A DNA stretch of 64,000 nt from Candidatus Thorarchaeota archaeon (GCA_029855935.1 JAGSHN010000012.1:64001-128000), one strand, 5' to 3'. Positions 19,237-29,753 are shown, counted from the stretch's first letter. Notes: generated by a model from the letters alone, not told the origin. A program made the numbers and translations.

Positions 19237-19482
19237 GTGCAGGTGAGAAAGAGGGACGGTTCTCTCGAGGCATTTATGCCTGAGAAGATCGTCGTCAGTG
19301 CTGTGAAGGCGGGCGCACCCTACGAGGTCGCCCGTGAGATTGCGAGTTCCTTCAAGGCGTCATCGGATGTCGTTGACACGCCCAGCATCCGCGAGTACGT
19401 CCTCAGCGAGCTCAAGTCACGTGGTCACACGTCTGTTGTCAGTAGCTGGGAGAGCTATGACAAGGAGAAGCGCAAATCATAG
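19237..19482 (+). CDS. Stand-alone ATP-cone domain protein
   Basis: MQVRKRDGSLEAFMPEKI ATP-cone signature; GAGGTGA SD. Confidence 0.88.
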   Translation: MQVRKRDGSLEAFMPEKIVVSAVKAGAPYEVAREIASSFKASSDVVDTPSIREYVLSELKSRGHTSVVSSWESYDKEKRKS

Positions 19483-19543
19483 ACATCGGATACACTGATC
19501 GCAAACGATAACCATAGAGTGCATAGTAACCGGGCACCACAGA

Positions 19544-19592
19544 GAGAGGCGAGCGGACTAGATGCCGTGCGCCTCTCGACTATTGCTTTTCT
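19544..19592 (+). terminator. Stem-loop plus U-rich tract after the ATP-cone gene
   Basis: GAGAGGCG (19544-19551) pairs with CGCCTCTC (19570-19577), then GCTTTTCT. Confidence 0.5.
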
Positions 19593-19809
19593 ACTGTTTC
19601 TCGTTCGTACTGTTTGCCTGCAGGGAGCAGTTTCACTATCGTATACGTGACGCTCTTGTCTGCCCGGCTCAGATCTGTTCTCTGTGATGATACATTCTCG
19701 CGAGGGCGGGCTCTGTCAGCCTGCTACTGCGTTACTGTTCGCAGGAAACACCTTGCAAGCCTCGTGCGAAGGAGGACCAGACTGTTGCCAACGGCCCGAC
19801 CGTTCATTC

Positions 19810-20427
19810 TTACTCTCGGAGGCAACTCGCCCCCGCCTTGAGTCCAAGCTCGAAGGCACGAGAGTTGGCGTCACGTGTCTTTGGCGGCACAAGTGCTAGG
19901 ACAGCCTCGCGGACCTTTTCCACGGGGATTGGAAAGTCCTCACAGGCACAGGCTGCACCCACAAGAACGGAGTTCTCAGTCCTCGGATTGCCAGCCTTCA
20001 TCGCCAGCCCGAGTGAGTCAAGCACCACCACCCTGCTCGTCACGGTCCTGACCCGCTCCTCTATCATCTCCAGCGTGACGTAGTTCCTCTCCTTATCGGC
20101 AATCAGCTCTGCTGTCTCGATGGGTGAGGGCATCACTCTGTTACTCATGATGACGACGCCATCATCTCTCAGGTATTCGATGTATCTGAGGGCCTCCGTC
20201 GCCTCCATTGCAATCATCATATCGGCCGTGCCGTACGGAATGATTGGGGAGATGGGCTCTCCAACTCTAAAGTGGACATAGATTGAGCCACTGCGCTGGG
20301 ACAGACCGTGCTGCTCTCCTGTCATTACCTCGAGGCCAGCGTCGACTGCCGCCTTACCCAAGATGGATGAGAGGAGCATCAGGCCTTGGCCACCCACCCC
20401 GGTGAAGATTATATTGTACGTCTTCAT
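19810..20427 (-). CDS. iorB: Indolepyruvate:ferredoxin oxidoreductase beta subunit
   Basis: GVGGQG, EQHGLSQRSGS, EALRY; overlaps the iorA stop. Confidence 0.95.
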   Translation of the reverse strand: MKTYNIIFTGVGGQGLMLLSSILGKAAVDAGLEVMTGEQHGLSQRSGSIYVHFRVGEPISPIIPYGTADMMIAMEATEALRYIEYLRDDGVVIMSNRVMPSPIETAELIADKERNYVTLEMIEERVRTVTSRVVVLDSLGLAMKAGNPRTENSVLVGAACACEDFPIPVEKVREAVLALVPPKTRDANSRAFELGLKAGASCLRE

Positions 20428-22328
20428 TGCCTCACCTCCATCCTCCGCGGAGCATCAACAGGACAGACCTGTCGGCACTCAAGGCATCCATCGCACAGGT
20501 CCTGCTGGATGACCATCTTGCGGTCGCTCTCATCGATGACTATGGCCGGGCAGTAGAACTCCCTGATGCAGGCGTAGATGTTCCTGCATACCTCCTTGTC
20601 ATTGACACTCGGTACGATCTTCTCGCCACGCTTCTTCTTCTCGCGGTCACCGTAGAGTGCGCACTCGCGTCTTGAGATGATGACATTGAACCCCGGTCTC
20701 TGTATGGCCTCCATTATTGGCTTGACGCACTCGCGTGTCTCGTACGGGTCGATGATGGTGACAGAGTCTGCTCCAAGGGCCTCGAAGAATCTCTCCATGT
20801 TGATCTTTCTCGCTGGCGTGTGACCTGCGTCGTAGGTGCTGTTGGGGTTCGGTTGCTGACCAGTCATTGCGGTGACAGAGTTGTCGAGGACGAATAGTGT
20901 GACGTTCGAGTTATGATGAATCAGGTTGACGATTCCGGGCAGGGCGGCGTGATAGAGCGTCGAGTCGCCGACCATTGCAATGACCTTGTCCTCAAGAGCC
21001 ATCTCCATACCTGCGGAGAGGCCCACAGACGCACCCATAGCGAGCATCGAGTCGCTGAAGTTGTTCGGAGGCAGGAACGCCATCGAGTAGCAACCTATGT
21101 CGTTGTTGAAGACGATCTTGTCCCTTATCTTGAGTCTGGTGAGCGCCTGCCGGAATGCCCACAGAGTGCCTCTGTGCGGACAGCCGGGACAGAAGATTGG
21201 CGCCCTATCCGGAAGGACACCCTCCTTTGCTCTCTTGGCCCTCTCGAGAACGGCATCGTAGTCCACGCTGGTTTCCCGACCGAGCACACCCGCAAGGACA
21301 CGTTCGACAATTGGAACATTGTACTCCAGCATCTCAGGGAAGTGTCCGCTCCGCTTTCCAATGATGCGGACCGATGGGTTCGCGTCCTTTGCCAGTGCCG
21401 TGATGCGTGTCTCGAGAAACGGTGAGAGCTCCTCGACCACAATGACGGTGCTCACTCGTTTCAGGAAGTCTGCAATCTTCCTCTCGGGTAGCGGATAGAG
21501 TGTCCCGATCTTCAGCACTGGGAGGCTCACACCGAGGTTCCGCATTGCCTCTTTGACGTGGAGATAACAGACGCCGGCTGTTATTATGCCGACGTCGCCC
21601 TCGCCCTCATCGACCCGGTTGAACTCCGACTCCTCGAACTCCTCACGTATCCTCTTCACCTTCTCAAGGAGCCTGGCCTTCAGCTCGCGTGCGACTGCTC
21701 CGACGGTGAAGTAGCTGTCACGGACATCAGCCCATCTCTTCCTCTTGAACGGTGTGCGTTTCAGGTCGCCCAGGCGCACCATCCCCCGCTGATGATTGAC
21801 CCGTGTTGTGGTCCTCACGATGACGAGGGTTCTGTACCTCTCGGAGACCTCGAAGGCCCACTTGACCATGTCGTAGGCCTCCTGTGCGGTCGACGGTTCG
21901 ATCATAGGGACGTAGGCGGCCTCACCGAAGTATCTCCCGTCCTGCTCAGACTGTGATGAGTGTGCGTGCGGGTCGTCCGCGATCAGGCACACACAACCCG
22001 CTCTGAGTCCTGTGTACGCCATACTGAGCATAGAGTCGCTGGCGACGTTCATACCCACACTCTTCATCGAGGTGAACGACCTCATTCCCGCCATTGATGC
22101 GCCGGCCACGGTCTCGAGTGCAACCTTCTCGTTGATGGCCACATGCATCCTGAAGTCACCGAAGTGCGTCAGCACCTCGCTGAATGTATCCAGTATCTCT
22201 GAGGTGGGACTGCCCGGATACGCTGCGACAACCTTGACATCGGCCTCAAGCGCTGCTCGTACGACTGCCTCGTTCGTCAGCATCAGCGCTGGGCCGTGAT
22301 CCTCTCTCTTGACATCCTCCACTGTCAT
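20424..22328 (-). CDS. iorA: Indolepyruvate:ferredoxin oxidoreductase alpha subunit
   Basis: AYPGSPTSEI, NEKVA, CPGCPHR, DIGCY, GDST...DNSVTAMTGQQ TPP motif, C-terminal ferredoxin CDGCLECRQVCP. Confidence 0.96.
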   Translation of the reverse strand: MTVEDVKREDHGPALMLTNEAVVRAALEADVKVVAAYPGSPTSEILDTFSEVLTHFGDFRMHVAINEKVALETVAGASMAGMRSFTSMKSVGMNVASDSMLSMAYTGLRAGCVCLIADDPHAHSSQSEQDGRYFGEAAYVPMIEPSTAQEAYDMVKWAFEVSERYRTLVIVRTTTRVNHQRGMVRLGDLKRTPFKRKRWADVRDSYFTVGAVARELKARLLEKVKRIREEFEESEFNRVDEGEGDVGIITAGVCYLHVKEAMRNLGVSLPVLKIGTLYPLPERKIADFLKRVSTVIVVEELSPFLETRITALAKDANPSVRIIGKRSGHFPEMLEYNVPIVERVLAGVLGRETSVDYDAVLERAKRAKEGVLPDRAPIFCPGCPHRGTLWAFRQALTRLKIRDKIVFNNDIGCYSMAFLPPNNFSDSMLAMGASVGLSAGMEMALEDKVIAMVGDSTLYHAALPGIVNLIHHNSNVTLFVLDNSVTAMTGQQPNPNSTYDAGHTPARKINMERFFEALGADSVTIIDPYETRECVKPIMEAIQRPGFNVIISRRECALYGDREKKKRGEKIVPSVNDKEVCRNIYACIREFYCPAIVIDESDRKMVIQQDLCDGCLECRQVCPVDAPRRMEVRQ

Positions 22329-22560
22329 CCTTCTGCCGCCTCTGAGGTTGGTCGGTCTAGATTCCCCCGCCACAGATTAAGTATTGTGATGTACACACGC
22401 TAGGTGAAACGGCAGAAGCAGGTAGGTGCCCGTAGTTCCTAAAGGCGAACAGCACGAGAGTTACGACCCGACAAAGGTTGGAGAATCAGACATAGTGTGC
22501 CCAGGGGCGTGCTATCCTGTTCTGAGAGAGATATAATGCTTTATTAGCACTAGCAGGTAC

Positions 22561-23388
22561 ATGGTTCTCCACATAGTTTCTGACATTGGTGGTGATGAGG
22601 TGAGGGTTAAAGGAGGTCGGTTGAAGAAGAACATCGAGATAGATGCCGGAGAGTGGGAATATGTTGAGATTCCGTGTAGGAGTGGCAGCACAATATACAT
22701 TGATGCCTATGAACTGGATGGAGAAACATTCAACGTGTACATTGTTCCTTCAGATGATGTCAAGCGTGCACCCATTCTTGGGACTGTGACGGAATTCGAT
22801 GAAACAAAGGCGCTCTGGTCTAAGGAAAAGGTACCAGAGATTAAGAAGAAGTACGTAGCAAAGGAACGGGATACACTTTACGTCTTTTTTGATAACTACC
22901 ATGCCAAGTCTAGGTACAAATCAATTGACATCGACATCCGAGTTGAGCATCCGCCGCTATCGGTGGGTGACGAACCGTTACGAGAGAGTATCGACATCGA
23001 TCCTGGCTATCTAGAAACGATTGAAATAGATGCCAAACAGGGTGACGTAATAAGAGTCTTTGGTCGCGTCACAAAAGGCAAAGACATCACAATCCACGTC
23101 CTGAGCAAGATCTACGAAACCCCTGACTACGTCCACATCGGCAAGTCGTACTATACAGCCGAGAAGATTGATGAGATTGACATAGACTATCAGTGTCGTA
23201 AAACCGAACCTCTCCTTGTGGTTCTAGACAATACATATTCTCGTCGAACAATGAAGACGGTTGATGTGTCAATTGTTGTCATACGGGGTGGCGAATCTGG
23301 AGCCGGTGAATGGGTTATCTGTCCTTTCTGCCAGCAGAAGAACCCTCTTGGCTCTACCGAATGCAGTAACTGCGGGGCGAGGCTATAG
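22561..23388 (+). CDS. Tandem GOLD-like beta-sandwich protein with C-terminal Zn ribbon
   Basis: Two ~110-aa repeats ending YVFFDNYHAKSRYKSIDI and LVVLDNTYSRRTMKTVDV; CPFC-x10-CSNC. Confidence 0.75.
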   Translation: MVLHIVSDIGGDEVRVKGGRLKKNIEIDAGEWEYVEIPCRSGSTIYIDAYELDGETFNVYIVPSDDVKRAPILGTVTEFDETKALWSKEKVPEIKKKYVAKERDTLYVFFDNYHAKSRYKSIDIDIRVEHPPLSVGDEPLRESIDIDPGYLETIEIDAKQGDVIRVFGRVTKGKDITIHVLSKIYETPDYVHIGKSYYTAEKIDEIDIDYQCRKTEPLLVVLDNTYSRRTMKTVDVSIVVIRGGESGAGEWVICPFCQQKNPLGSTECSNCGARL

Positions 23389-23490
23389 GCCGACTTGCAG
23401 CTTTGATCTGCACAGAACGGTTCTCCGTACGAACCTTGACACAAGAGAAGATGGCTGCCCACTGGGGCCGCCTTTGTCCTTCTGCGGTTC

Positions 23491-23521
23491 AAAAAGGAGC
23501 TGAGAGGACCGAAGTCCTCTC
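23491..23521 (-). terminator. C(UUCG)G hairpin plus U-tract terminator of the acyl-CoA dehydrogenase gene
   Basis: Minus strand GAGAGGAC-TTCG-GTCCTCTC, then CTCCTTTTT. Confidence 0.75.
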
Positions 23522-23530
23522 TCAGTGCGT

Positions 23531-24772
23531 CTAGTCGAACTGACCCTTCTGGCGGTACGGGAGGTACTCCTTGCCGAAGATCTCCCTACCCATCACTATC
23601 TTCATTATGTGCGCGCCGCCCTCGGCACCGATGGTGTAGGAGCGGACGCCCCTGTACGAGGCCTCAAGCGGACACTCCTTCGTGTAGCCAAAGGCGCCGT
23701 GCCACGTCATCGCGCGGGTGATGATGTCCAGAGCGTCGTGCGGTGCTCTGTACTTCGCCGCCGCGGTGAACTTTGCGACATCCAGAGCAGTGTAGTTGGG
23801 ATCCTTCTCGCGGTACACCTTGTCCATCAACCAGGCAGACTTGTAGGTCAGGCCTCTGTCTGCCTCGAGTGCCATCCACGAGTCAACGGCCTCGAACATG
23901 ATTCCCTCGAATGCCGCCAGCGGTCGACCGAACTGCTTGCGCTGCTTGACGTACTCGACACCGATGTCGAAGGCACCCTCGGCTGCACCAAGGCAGGTTG
24001 CCGCTATGAGACACCTTGCGGCCGAGAATCCCATCATAGCGTAGTAAAAGCCTCGACCGCGCTCCCCGATGATGTAGTGCTTGGGAATCTCGACATCCTC
24101 TATGTTGAAACCGCCGGTGGAAACGCCCATTCTACCCATGTCCTCGAAGAGGGTGGTTGTGATCCCGGGATGGAGGCCATCGCCCAGGTTGAGTGGGAGG
24201 ATGAATGCGGTGAAGGCCTTGTGGTCGCCCTTCGGGTCCTCCTTCGCGAGGGTGAAGTAGACACCGCCGTACTTCTCGGACTCCCTGACGCCGCTGATGT
24301 AGACCTTCTCGCCGTTGACCACGAAGTTATCGCCCTTGGGCTTGATGATTGTCTTGGTGGAGTTGACAAGGTCGGAGCCGCCAGTGGGTTCTGTTGTGGC
24401 GATTCCGAAGAACAGGTCCCCCTTGGTCACACGCGGGAGGATCTCGCTCTTCGCCTCGTGCGTACCGTACATGTCGAATATTGCCGCCCAAGATGCCTCA
24501 ACAAGGTACATCACGGGCAATGCGATGGAGAGGTCCGCACGCGCCAGTTCCTCTGCCGCGATGCAGGCCATCACCCACGAGAGACCAGCACCACCGTACT
24601 CCTCGGAGACAGTCGGCGCCCACAGCTGCATCTCGGCCATCTTCTTGATCAGGTCGCGTGGGATCTCGTGATTCCTGTCGTAATCCTGCCAGACTGGAGC
24701 GACATACCTCTGAGCGAAGTCGCGAACGGCCTCGCGGAACATTCGCTCCTCATCAGACTCTTCGAAGTTCAT
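23531..24772 (-). CDS. Acyl-CoA dehydrogenase
   Basis: EEYGGAG, TEPTGGSD, NGEKVYIS, RKQFGRPL, HGAFGY, EGGAHI. Confidence 0.96.
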   Translation of the reverse strand: MNFEESDEERMFREAVRDFAQRYVAPVWQDYDRNHEIPRDLIKKMAEMQLWAPTVSEEYGGAGLSWVMACIAAEELARADLSIALPVMYLVEASWAAIFDMYGTHEAKSEILPRVTKGDLFFGIATTEPTGGSDLVNSTKTIIKPKGDNFVVNGEKVYISGVRESEKYGGVYFTLAKEDPKGDHKAFTAFILPLNLGDGLHPGITTTLFEDMGRMGVSTGGFNIEDVEIPKHYIIGERGRGFYYAMMGFSAARCLIAATCLGAAEGAFDIGVEYVKQRKQFGRPLAAFEGIMFEAVDSWMALEADRGLTYKSAWLMDKVYREKDPNYTALDVAKFTAAAKYRAPHDALDIITRAMTWHGAFGYTKECPLEASYRGVRSYTIGAEGGAHIMKIVMGREIFGKEYLPYRQKGQFD

Positions 24773-24951
24773 CTCAAACTACCTCGTTCTTCTCGGGTTC
24801 CGTTGTCGGTTGACTGGCCGGCCTGAATCTTGGGTCACTTATAGATATTCCCAAAGCCGACCGTTGGAGGTAGCTCTCTGTCGGACAGGACAGACGCGGC
24901 CGGGACACTTGCTGTTCAAGATAGGTGCGCGTCAGTCACTCCTCTGAGTCA

Positions 24952-27483
24952 TCACTCGATTCTGCGCTTTGTCTCTTGGACCAAGTCCATGTGACGGAAT
25001 CCTCTGACGACAATCCACTGTACAACAATCGACGCAACGAAGACTGCGAGGACTGAGAGGATCATTGTCTGGGCGTAGATGCCCACGAGGAACTCGAAGA
25101 AGTCGTTGTTGAACGCGTTTGCCAGCTCGTTCAGGGCCGCGTGACTGAGCGGCACACCAAGTGCCAGACCCACCGTGGTGACGACCAGATTCTCCACAAG
25201 GAACAACCGCTCGATGAGAGATGGCGAGGCTCCCATCATCATCGCCGTTGCGACCTCTCGTCTGCGTTCGAGGACGTTGATGACCGCAGTGGTCAGGACC
25301 ACCGAGCCGGACAGCGCCAATGACAGCCCTATCAGAATATCGAGAAACAGCCTGAGTTCATCCATATACCGGGACATGTCGTCGGCAGCCTCTGCTGGCG
25401 AGATAGCAGAGCGTACTCCAGCAATATGTCTGAACACCCTCTGTCGAACAACAGAGGTGTCTTCCGGGCTGCGGGCCTTGATGTATATCGTGTTGGCGCC
25501 GATCTGTGCCTGACCCACCAGACCGCGGGCCACCGCATAGCTCATCCAGCAGACTAGGGTGGTACTCTCCACGGTCACTCCCGTTACGAGAACACTGGAG
25601 TTGGCCATCGTGAACGTGTACCTGAGAGGATAGAATGATGTCACATTGAATCTTGGATGAAGAACGTTGATGTAGTCACCCTTACCAATGCCGAGCCGCT
25701 TGGCAGTACCGCGAGTGATGACGATTCCACTATCGTTGAACGCCCCATCTGGACTGAGGAATTGAAACTGATGCACAGAGTCTTCAGGGTCCTGCACCCT
25801 TAGCTGGAGAATCACCCTGCTGTCAGACTGGTTCACAGTTAGAACAGTCGAGAACGTGATTCCTGCGTAGGCGGTCTTGACCTCTGGCCAGGACTCTATC
25901 ACTTCAAGGTCATGGTCGATGGCAAAGGGGTCTTTGAAGTCCGTGTACTGAACCTGAAGGTCCCAACCCTCTCTCACCCTCATTGCCTCCAGTGTGATTG
26001 CGAATGAGTCGTTTACGCCAGCAGTGGATGCCACAAGCACGAGCCCTATCATTATGCCACCAATGGTCGAGATTGTTCTGCGCCTGTTTCGAAACAGATT
26101 CCGTAAGACAATCTTGTTTCGCGTCCTCGGCTCCGAGCCTGTGAGACGTTTCATCATCCTCTCCACGAGCGGCTTGCGCCCCATCGTCACTGCTGCCGGG
26201 TCATCCCGCATCGCCTCGGTAGGAGTCATTCTCACGCATCTTCGCGCAGGTACCAGGCTGCCCACGACAACAGCGGCGATACCCAGTATCATGCTCGCCA
26301 GATCTATCTCGGGGTAGAACCCGTAGTAGCGGAAGGGGACGACCATCATGCTCAGATACGTGTCTGTGAACCAGTGACCAATGGCCTCGCCCACGACCAC
26401 ACCTGCCATTCCTCCCACAACTCCTATGACTAGGCCATAGGCGAGATACTTCCGCATTACGTCGCCACTGCCGTAGCCCAAGGCCAGTGCCACACCCACC
26501 TCCTGTCGCTGGGCATTGACCAGTCTTGACATCGTGATATACGTGCCGAGAGCAGCGAAGAGCAGAATGAATGTGGGAAAGATCGAGACCATCTCCGCAA
26601 TCCCATCGAGGTCGAGCTTGAGTCCGGCATAGGAAGGTTCGTCCTCTCTGGGCGTGGGTGGCATCACGTTGTATCCGCGGTCTACAAGGACTGCCCTCAG
26701 TGCCTCCATCGTACGATCCCTGACATCACGTGTTGTGCCGGGTCGCATTGTTACACAGATGTCGTTGGCCGCATCTTGGCTCTCTCCGAGGAGGTGCTGC
26801 ATACTGCTCAGAGGCACATAGAGCAGACCGAACCTCCGTGGCGAGGGCATCAAGTCCTGCCATGAGGCAGCGATCCAGAGATACTCCGCAGTGCCGGCAT
26901 CACCAAGGATGTGAACATCTGTTGAGTCGTTCACGTTCCCGCTGGCAAGGAGGTTGAGATGCGAGCCCGGAGTGAGACCATGATAACTGGCAAGCCGTGC
27001 ATCTACTATCCCCACATACTCATTGTCCGGTCGTGAGGCATTCCAGTTGTCATCGGCAAACCATCTCCCCTCCATAAGCTGAATGTCATTCACAGTCGGG
27101 TGCCGCCCCCCTGTCACATTGATGCCGATGACGCGGACCCCTATCAGGTTCAGCTGCCCTGAGTTGTTCTCGAGCGCTGTCATCTCGCTGACAATCCTGC
27201 ACTCAAAGGAGTCGATCGGGTACGTCTCCTGCAGTGTCGAGATGATGTCAGTGACATTGGCTATGGAGAACATCTCAGTTGAGAGGACGGTACTTATCCT
27301 GAAGTCAGCGAGATGCAGACGGTCGTACGTCAGACTGTAGGTGTTCTCCAAGTTGAGGTAGGCGGGATAGAATCCGGAGAGTGCAGCTGTACCAAGCGCG
27401 ACCATGATTGCCACTCCCGTGAACTGCAGCCTGTGGGTTGCAATATCGCGTCGGACAGAGCGGTACAGGGCACGTCTTGTCAA
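24952..27483 (-). CDS. MacB/FtsX-type ABC permease (duplicated architecture)
   Basis: Two TM-ECD-3TM halves, QRQEVGVALALG and ERRREVATAMMMG coupling motifs. Confidence 0.92.
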   Translation of the reverse strand: MTRRALYRSVRRDIATHRLQFTGVAIMVALGTAALSGFYPAYLNLENTYSLTYDRLHLADFRISTVLSTEMFSIANVTDIISTLQETYPIDSFECRIVSEMTALENNSGQLNLIGVRVIGINVTGGRHPTVNDIQLMEGRWFADDNWNASRPDNEYVGIVDARLASYHGLTPGSHLNLLASGNVNDSTDVHILGDAGTAEYLWIAASWQDLMPSPRRFGLLYVPLSSMQHLLGESQDAANDICVTMRPGTTRDVRDRTMEALRAVLVDRGYNVMPPTPREDEPSYAGLKLDLDGIAEMVSIFPTFILLFAALGTYITMSRLVNAQRQEVGVALALGYGSGDVMRKYLAYGLVIGVVGGMAGVVVGEAIGHWFTDTYLSMMVVPFRYYGFYPEIDLASMILGIAAVVVGSLVPARRCVRMTPTEAMRDDPAAVTMGRKPLVERMMKRLTGSEPRTRNKIVLRNLFRNRRRTISTIGGIMIGLVLVASTAGVNDSFAITLEAMRVREGWDLQVQYTDFKDPFAIDHDLEVIESWPEVKTAYAGITFSTVLTVNQSDSRVILQLRVQDPEDSVHQFQFLSPDGAFNDSGIVITRGTAKRLGIGKGDYINVLHPRFNVTSFYPLRYTFTMANSSVLVTGVTVESTTLVCWMSYAVARGLVGQAQIGANTIYIKARSPEDTSVVRQRVFRHIAGVRSAISPAEAADDMSRYMDELRLFLDILIGLSLALSGSVVLTTAVINVLERRREVATAMMMGASPSLIERLFLVENLVVTTVGLALGVPLSHAALNELANAFNNDFFEFLVGIYAQTMILSVLAVFVASIVVQWIVVRGFRHMDLVQETKRRIE

Positions 27484-27486
27484 GTC

Positions 27487-28236
27487 TCACCACCTCAGCT
27501 CTCTGGCCCTCTTCTGTTGCGTGTTGCTCCGCACTTCTCCCACACGACCATCCCGCAGCTCCACAATCACGTCCGCTATCTTTGCAATCTCGCGATTGTG
27601 TGTCACAACCACGACAGTCTTGTGCTCCTCTTCTCTGACCCTGAAGAGTTCGGTCAGCACCTCAACTCCCGTCCTGTAGTCGAGGGCGCCTGTGGGCTCG
27701 TCGGCAACGATGAGAGCAGGGTCTTTGGCCAGAGCTCGGGCAATAGAGACCCTCTGCTGTTCACCTCCAGACAGTTCTGCAGGAAAGTGGTCAGCTCGCT
27801 CCTCCAGGCCCACCTTTATCAGCAGACGCAGAGCGTGCGACCTGATTGCCTGCTTGCTGAAGTCTCTTCGACCGTCTGTTGTGGAAACACCGACCAGTTC
27901 GAGCGCAAACTCGACGTTCTCCAGTGCGGTGAGAGTTGGAATCAGGTTGAAGAACTGAAAGACGAAGCCGATGTTCGTCCTGCGGTGTTCCGTCAGGCCG
28001 GTGAGATCGGTGGGGAGCTCTCTCCCATCGAACAATATTGTCCCTGATGTGGGAGTATCCACTCCTCCTATCAGATTGAGCAGCGTGGTCTTGCCTGAGC
28101 CTGATGGTCCAAGGATGACGACGAATCGCTCGCGCTCAATGTCCAAGTCTACGCCGCTGAGCGCATAGACCTCGACAGTGCCCATCTGATAGACCTTTGT
28201 CACTCCTCTGATACTGACCAGCGGATCACTACTCAT
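27487..28236 (-). CDS. LolD/MacB-type ABC ATPase
   Basis: [29 protein letters not shown]. Confidence 0.96.
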   Translation of the reverse strand: MSSDPLVSIRGVTKVYQMGTVEVYALSGVDLDIERERFVVILGPSGSGKTTLLNLIGGVDTPTSGTILFDGRELPTDLTGLTEHRRTNIGFVFQFFNLIPTLTALENVEFALELVGVSTTDGRRDFSKQAIRSHALRLLIKVGLEERADHFPAELSGGEQQRVSIARALAKDPALIVADEPTGALDYRTGVEVLTELFRVREEEHKTVVVVTHNREIAKIADVIVELRDGRVGEVRSNTQQKRARELRW

Positions 28237-28330
28237 ACTGCGGCCTCAACTCTCTCCTGATGCATCGCGGAGAGAAAAACATTGAGAGTGCATCCTGGCC
28301 AGTTGCAATTACGTCGTGTTCTGTCCCATC

Positions 28331-28642
28331 TCACCCAGTGACGATGACCCTGATGTCACACTCTCTGTCTATCGTCCCACGAAACAGGTATCTGATGTGA
28401 ATTGTGGCCTCACCAGTGCCAGTTGCTCTGAAGATCCACCTCACTCTCTCCTCATCAGCCCCAGTGATACCGGGCATCTCCATCCGCTCCGGATGAAGGT
28501 ACTCCGCCTCCTCACGTTGGAACTCCACACACTGGCCGTCGATGGTGAACTCAGCATCCTCTCCAACCGACCCGTGGCGCATATACTCAAAGCAAAAACT
28601 CTCTCCAGCTGCGACTCTGATACTGCCCTCCTCGCATGTCAC
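28331..28642 (-). CDS. Chagasin/I42-like Ig-fold small protein
   Basis: IRVAAGESF...PGITGADEERVRWIFRATGTGEATIHIRY resembles the I42 pattern; GTG start inferred after GGTGA. Confidence 0.55.
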   Translation of the reverse strand: MTCEEGSIRVAAGESFCFEYMRHGSVGEDAEFTIDGQCVEFQREEAEYLHPERMEMPGITGADEERVRWIFRATGTGEATIHIRYLFRGTIDRECDIRVIVTG

Positions 28643-28783
28643 GCGTCTGATGTCACCGTGTGGCGGTCTCAAGCCTCTCACTCCGTCATTGGTCTGGTGC
28701 AGTGGTCTTGAGATAGACCGCCGCCACTCAATACCTTTGTGATGCAATCTCTCTCACGTGTTGGGGTACGTGCCACCTGACCA

Positions 28784-29629
28784 TCAGTACAGGTCTGAGG
28801 CTTTGATCGGTTCATCTCTTGATAGGCCTCTCGGTCCATAGACAAGTACCAGTATCGTGGCAACAACGAAGACCAGCGGAATCAAGTACAGAGCGCTCAC
28901 AATCGGCAGGGCCTGTAGAACGGTCATCGCTCCGAGCGCATTCTGGGTGGCGTGAAACACCGTCACAACGAACAGATTCCCGTTCGACGAGTTGAACATC
29001 CACACGTAGACAATCGACGCGATGATGTTACCAATGAGGATAATCCAGAACGAGCCATAGATTCGGAGCATTCCACTGTCCTTGACCAGAAAGTGAGGGA
29101 CGTGCCACGCTGCCCAGATGACACCCAGAATGATGCCCGACACCAAGGCATTGTATCTCTCCTGCAGTACAGGTAGGGCGTATCCCCGCCAGCCAATCTC
29201 CTCCCACACGTTCATGACAAAGGCCTGAATGAACATCACCAGCAACAGGAGGGGATCTGGAGGTAAGATTGTCCCCGTCCCCTGGACAACGACCTGTAGC
29301 CACATCCCGGCATAGAACAGTGCCAGCTGGAGGACAAAGGCAACTAGAAGCCACCACAATGGAAACTTTCTCTTGAATAGGTCGAACAGCCCTCGTGTCC
29401 CCTCTACTCCACGGTGACGACGCAGCACGACAATCGCAGCCACTGTGGGTGAGAATCCTCCCATGATGAGGAACGGGACCACCGTGTCACTGGGAAAGAG
29501 ACCGTAGGACGACAGCACCCATGGTAGAAACCCGAGGTAGCCGATGACTAGCACAAGTACTGCATATTCAACTAACCCCAAAGGGGCAGTCCCCTCGTCC
29601 CTCTCTGTAGAGTGTTCTGTGACCGCCAT
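28784..29629 (-). CDS. CPBP (CAAX/Abi) intramembrane glutamic protease
   Basis: EEIGWRGY, WAAWH, HATQN motifs; start MAVTEH. Confidence 0.93.
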   Translation of the reverse strand: MAVTEHSTERDEGTAPLGLVEYAVLVLVIGYLGFLPWVLSSYGLFPSDTVVPFLIMGGFSPTVAAIVVLRRHRGVEGTRGLFDLFKRKFPLWWLLVAFVLQLALFYAGMWLQVVVQGTGTILPPDPLLLLVMFIQAFVMNVWEEIGWRGYALPVLQERYNALVSGIILGVIWAAWHVPHFLVKDSGMLRIYGSFWIILIGNIIASIVYVWMFNSSNGNLFVVTVFHATQNALGAMTVLQALPIVSALYLIPLVFVVATILVLVYGPRGLSRDEPIKASDLY

Positions 29630-29753
29630 TTTGTGCTGTCTTGCAGCCCCGCAATAAAAAAAAAACATTCTCGACCGAGGTGGCACCAGCCACAGAGCAA
29701 CAATCGCTGTGACAGGTCCTATGTGATCACACATGACTGTCTGGTCACGAGCC

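Noticed and set aside
22381-22560. Riboswitch or mobile-element end before the AT-richer gene
   Set aside because: No recognisable riboswitch consensus, terminal inverted repeat or target-site duplication
23525-24826. 433-aa plus-strand ORF
   Set aside because: Antisense shadow of the acyl-CoA dehydrogenase with no motifs; the same applies to other long antisense ORFs such as 27313-28047, 30593-31348, 50770-51564 and 58118-58804
9262-29629. Eukaryote-like CAAX processing pathway (ICMT plus Rce1-like)
   Set aside because: Genes are about 19 kb apart, both families are widespread in prokaryotes, and no prenyltransferase is present here
29656-29665. A10 homopolymer as a phase-variation tract
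   Set aside because: Lies upstream of the likely CPBP start; better explained as a minus-strand U-tract or TATA region
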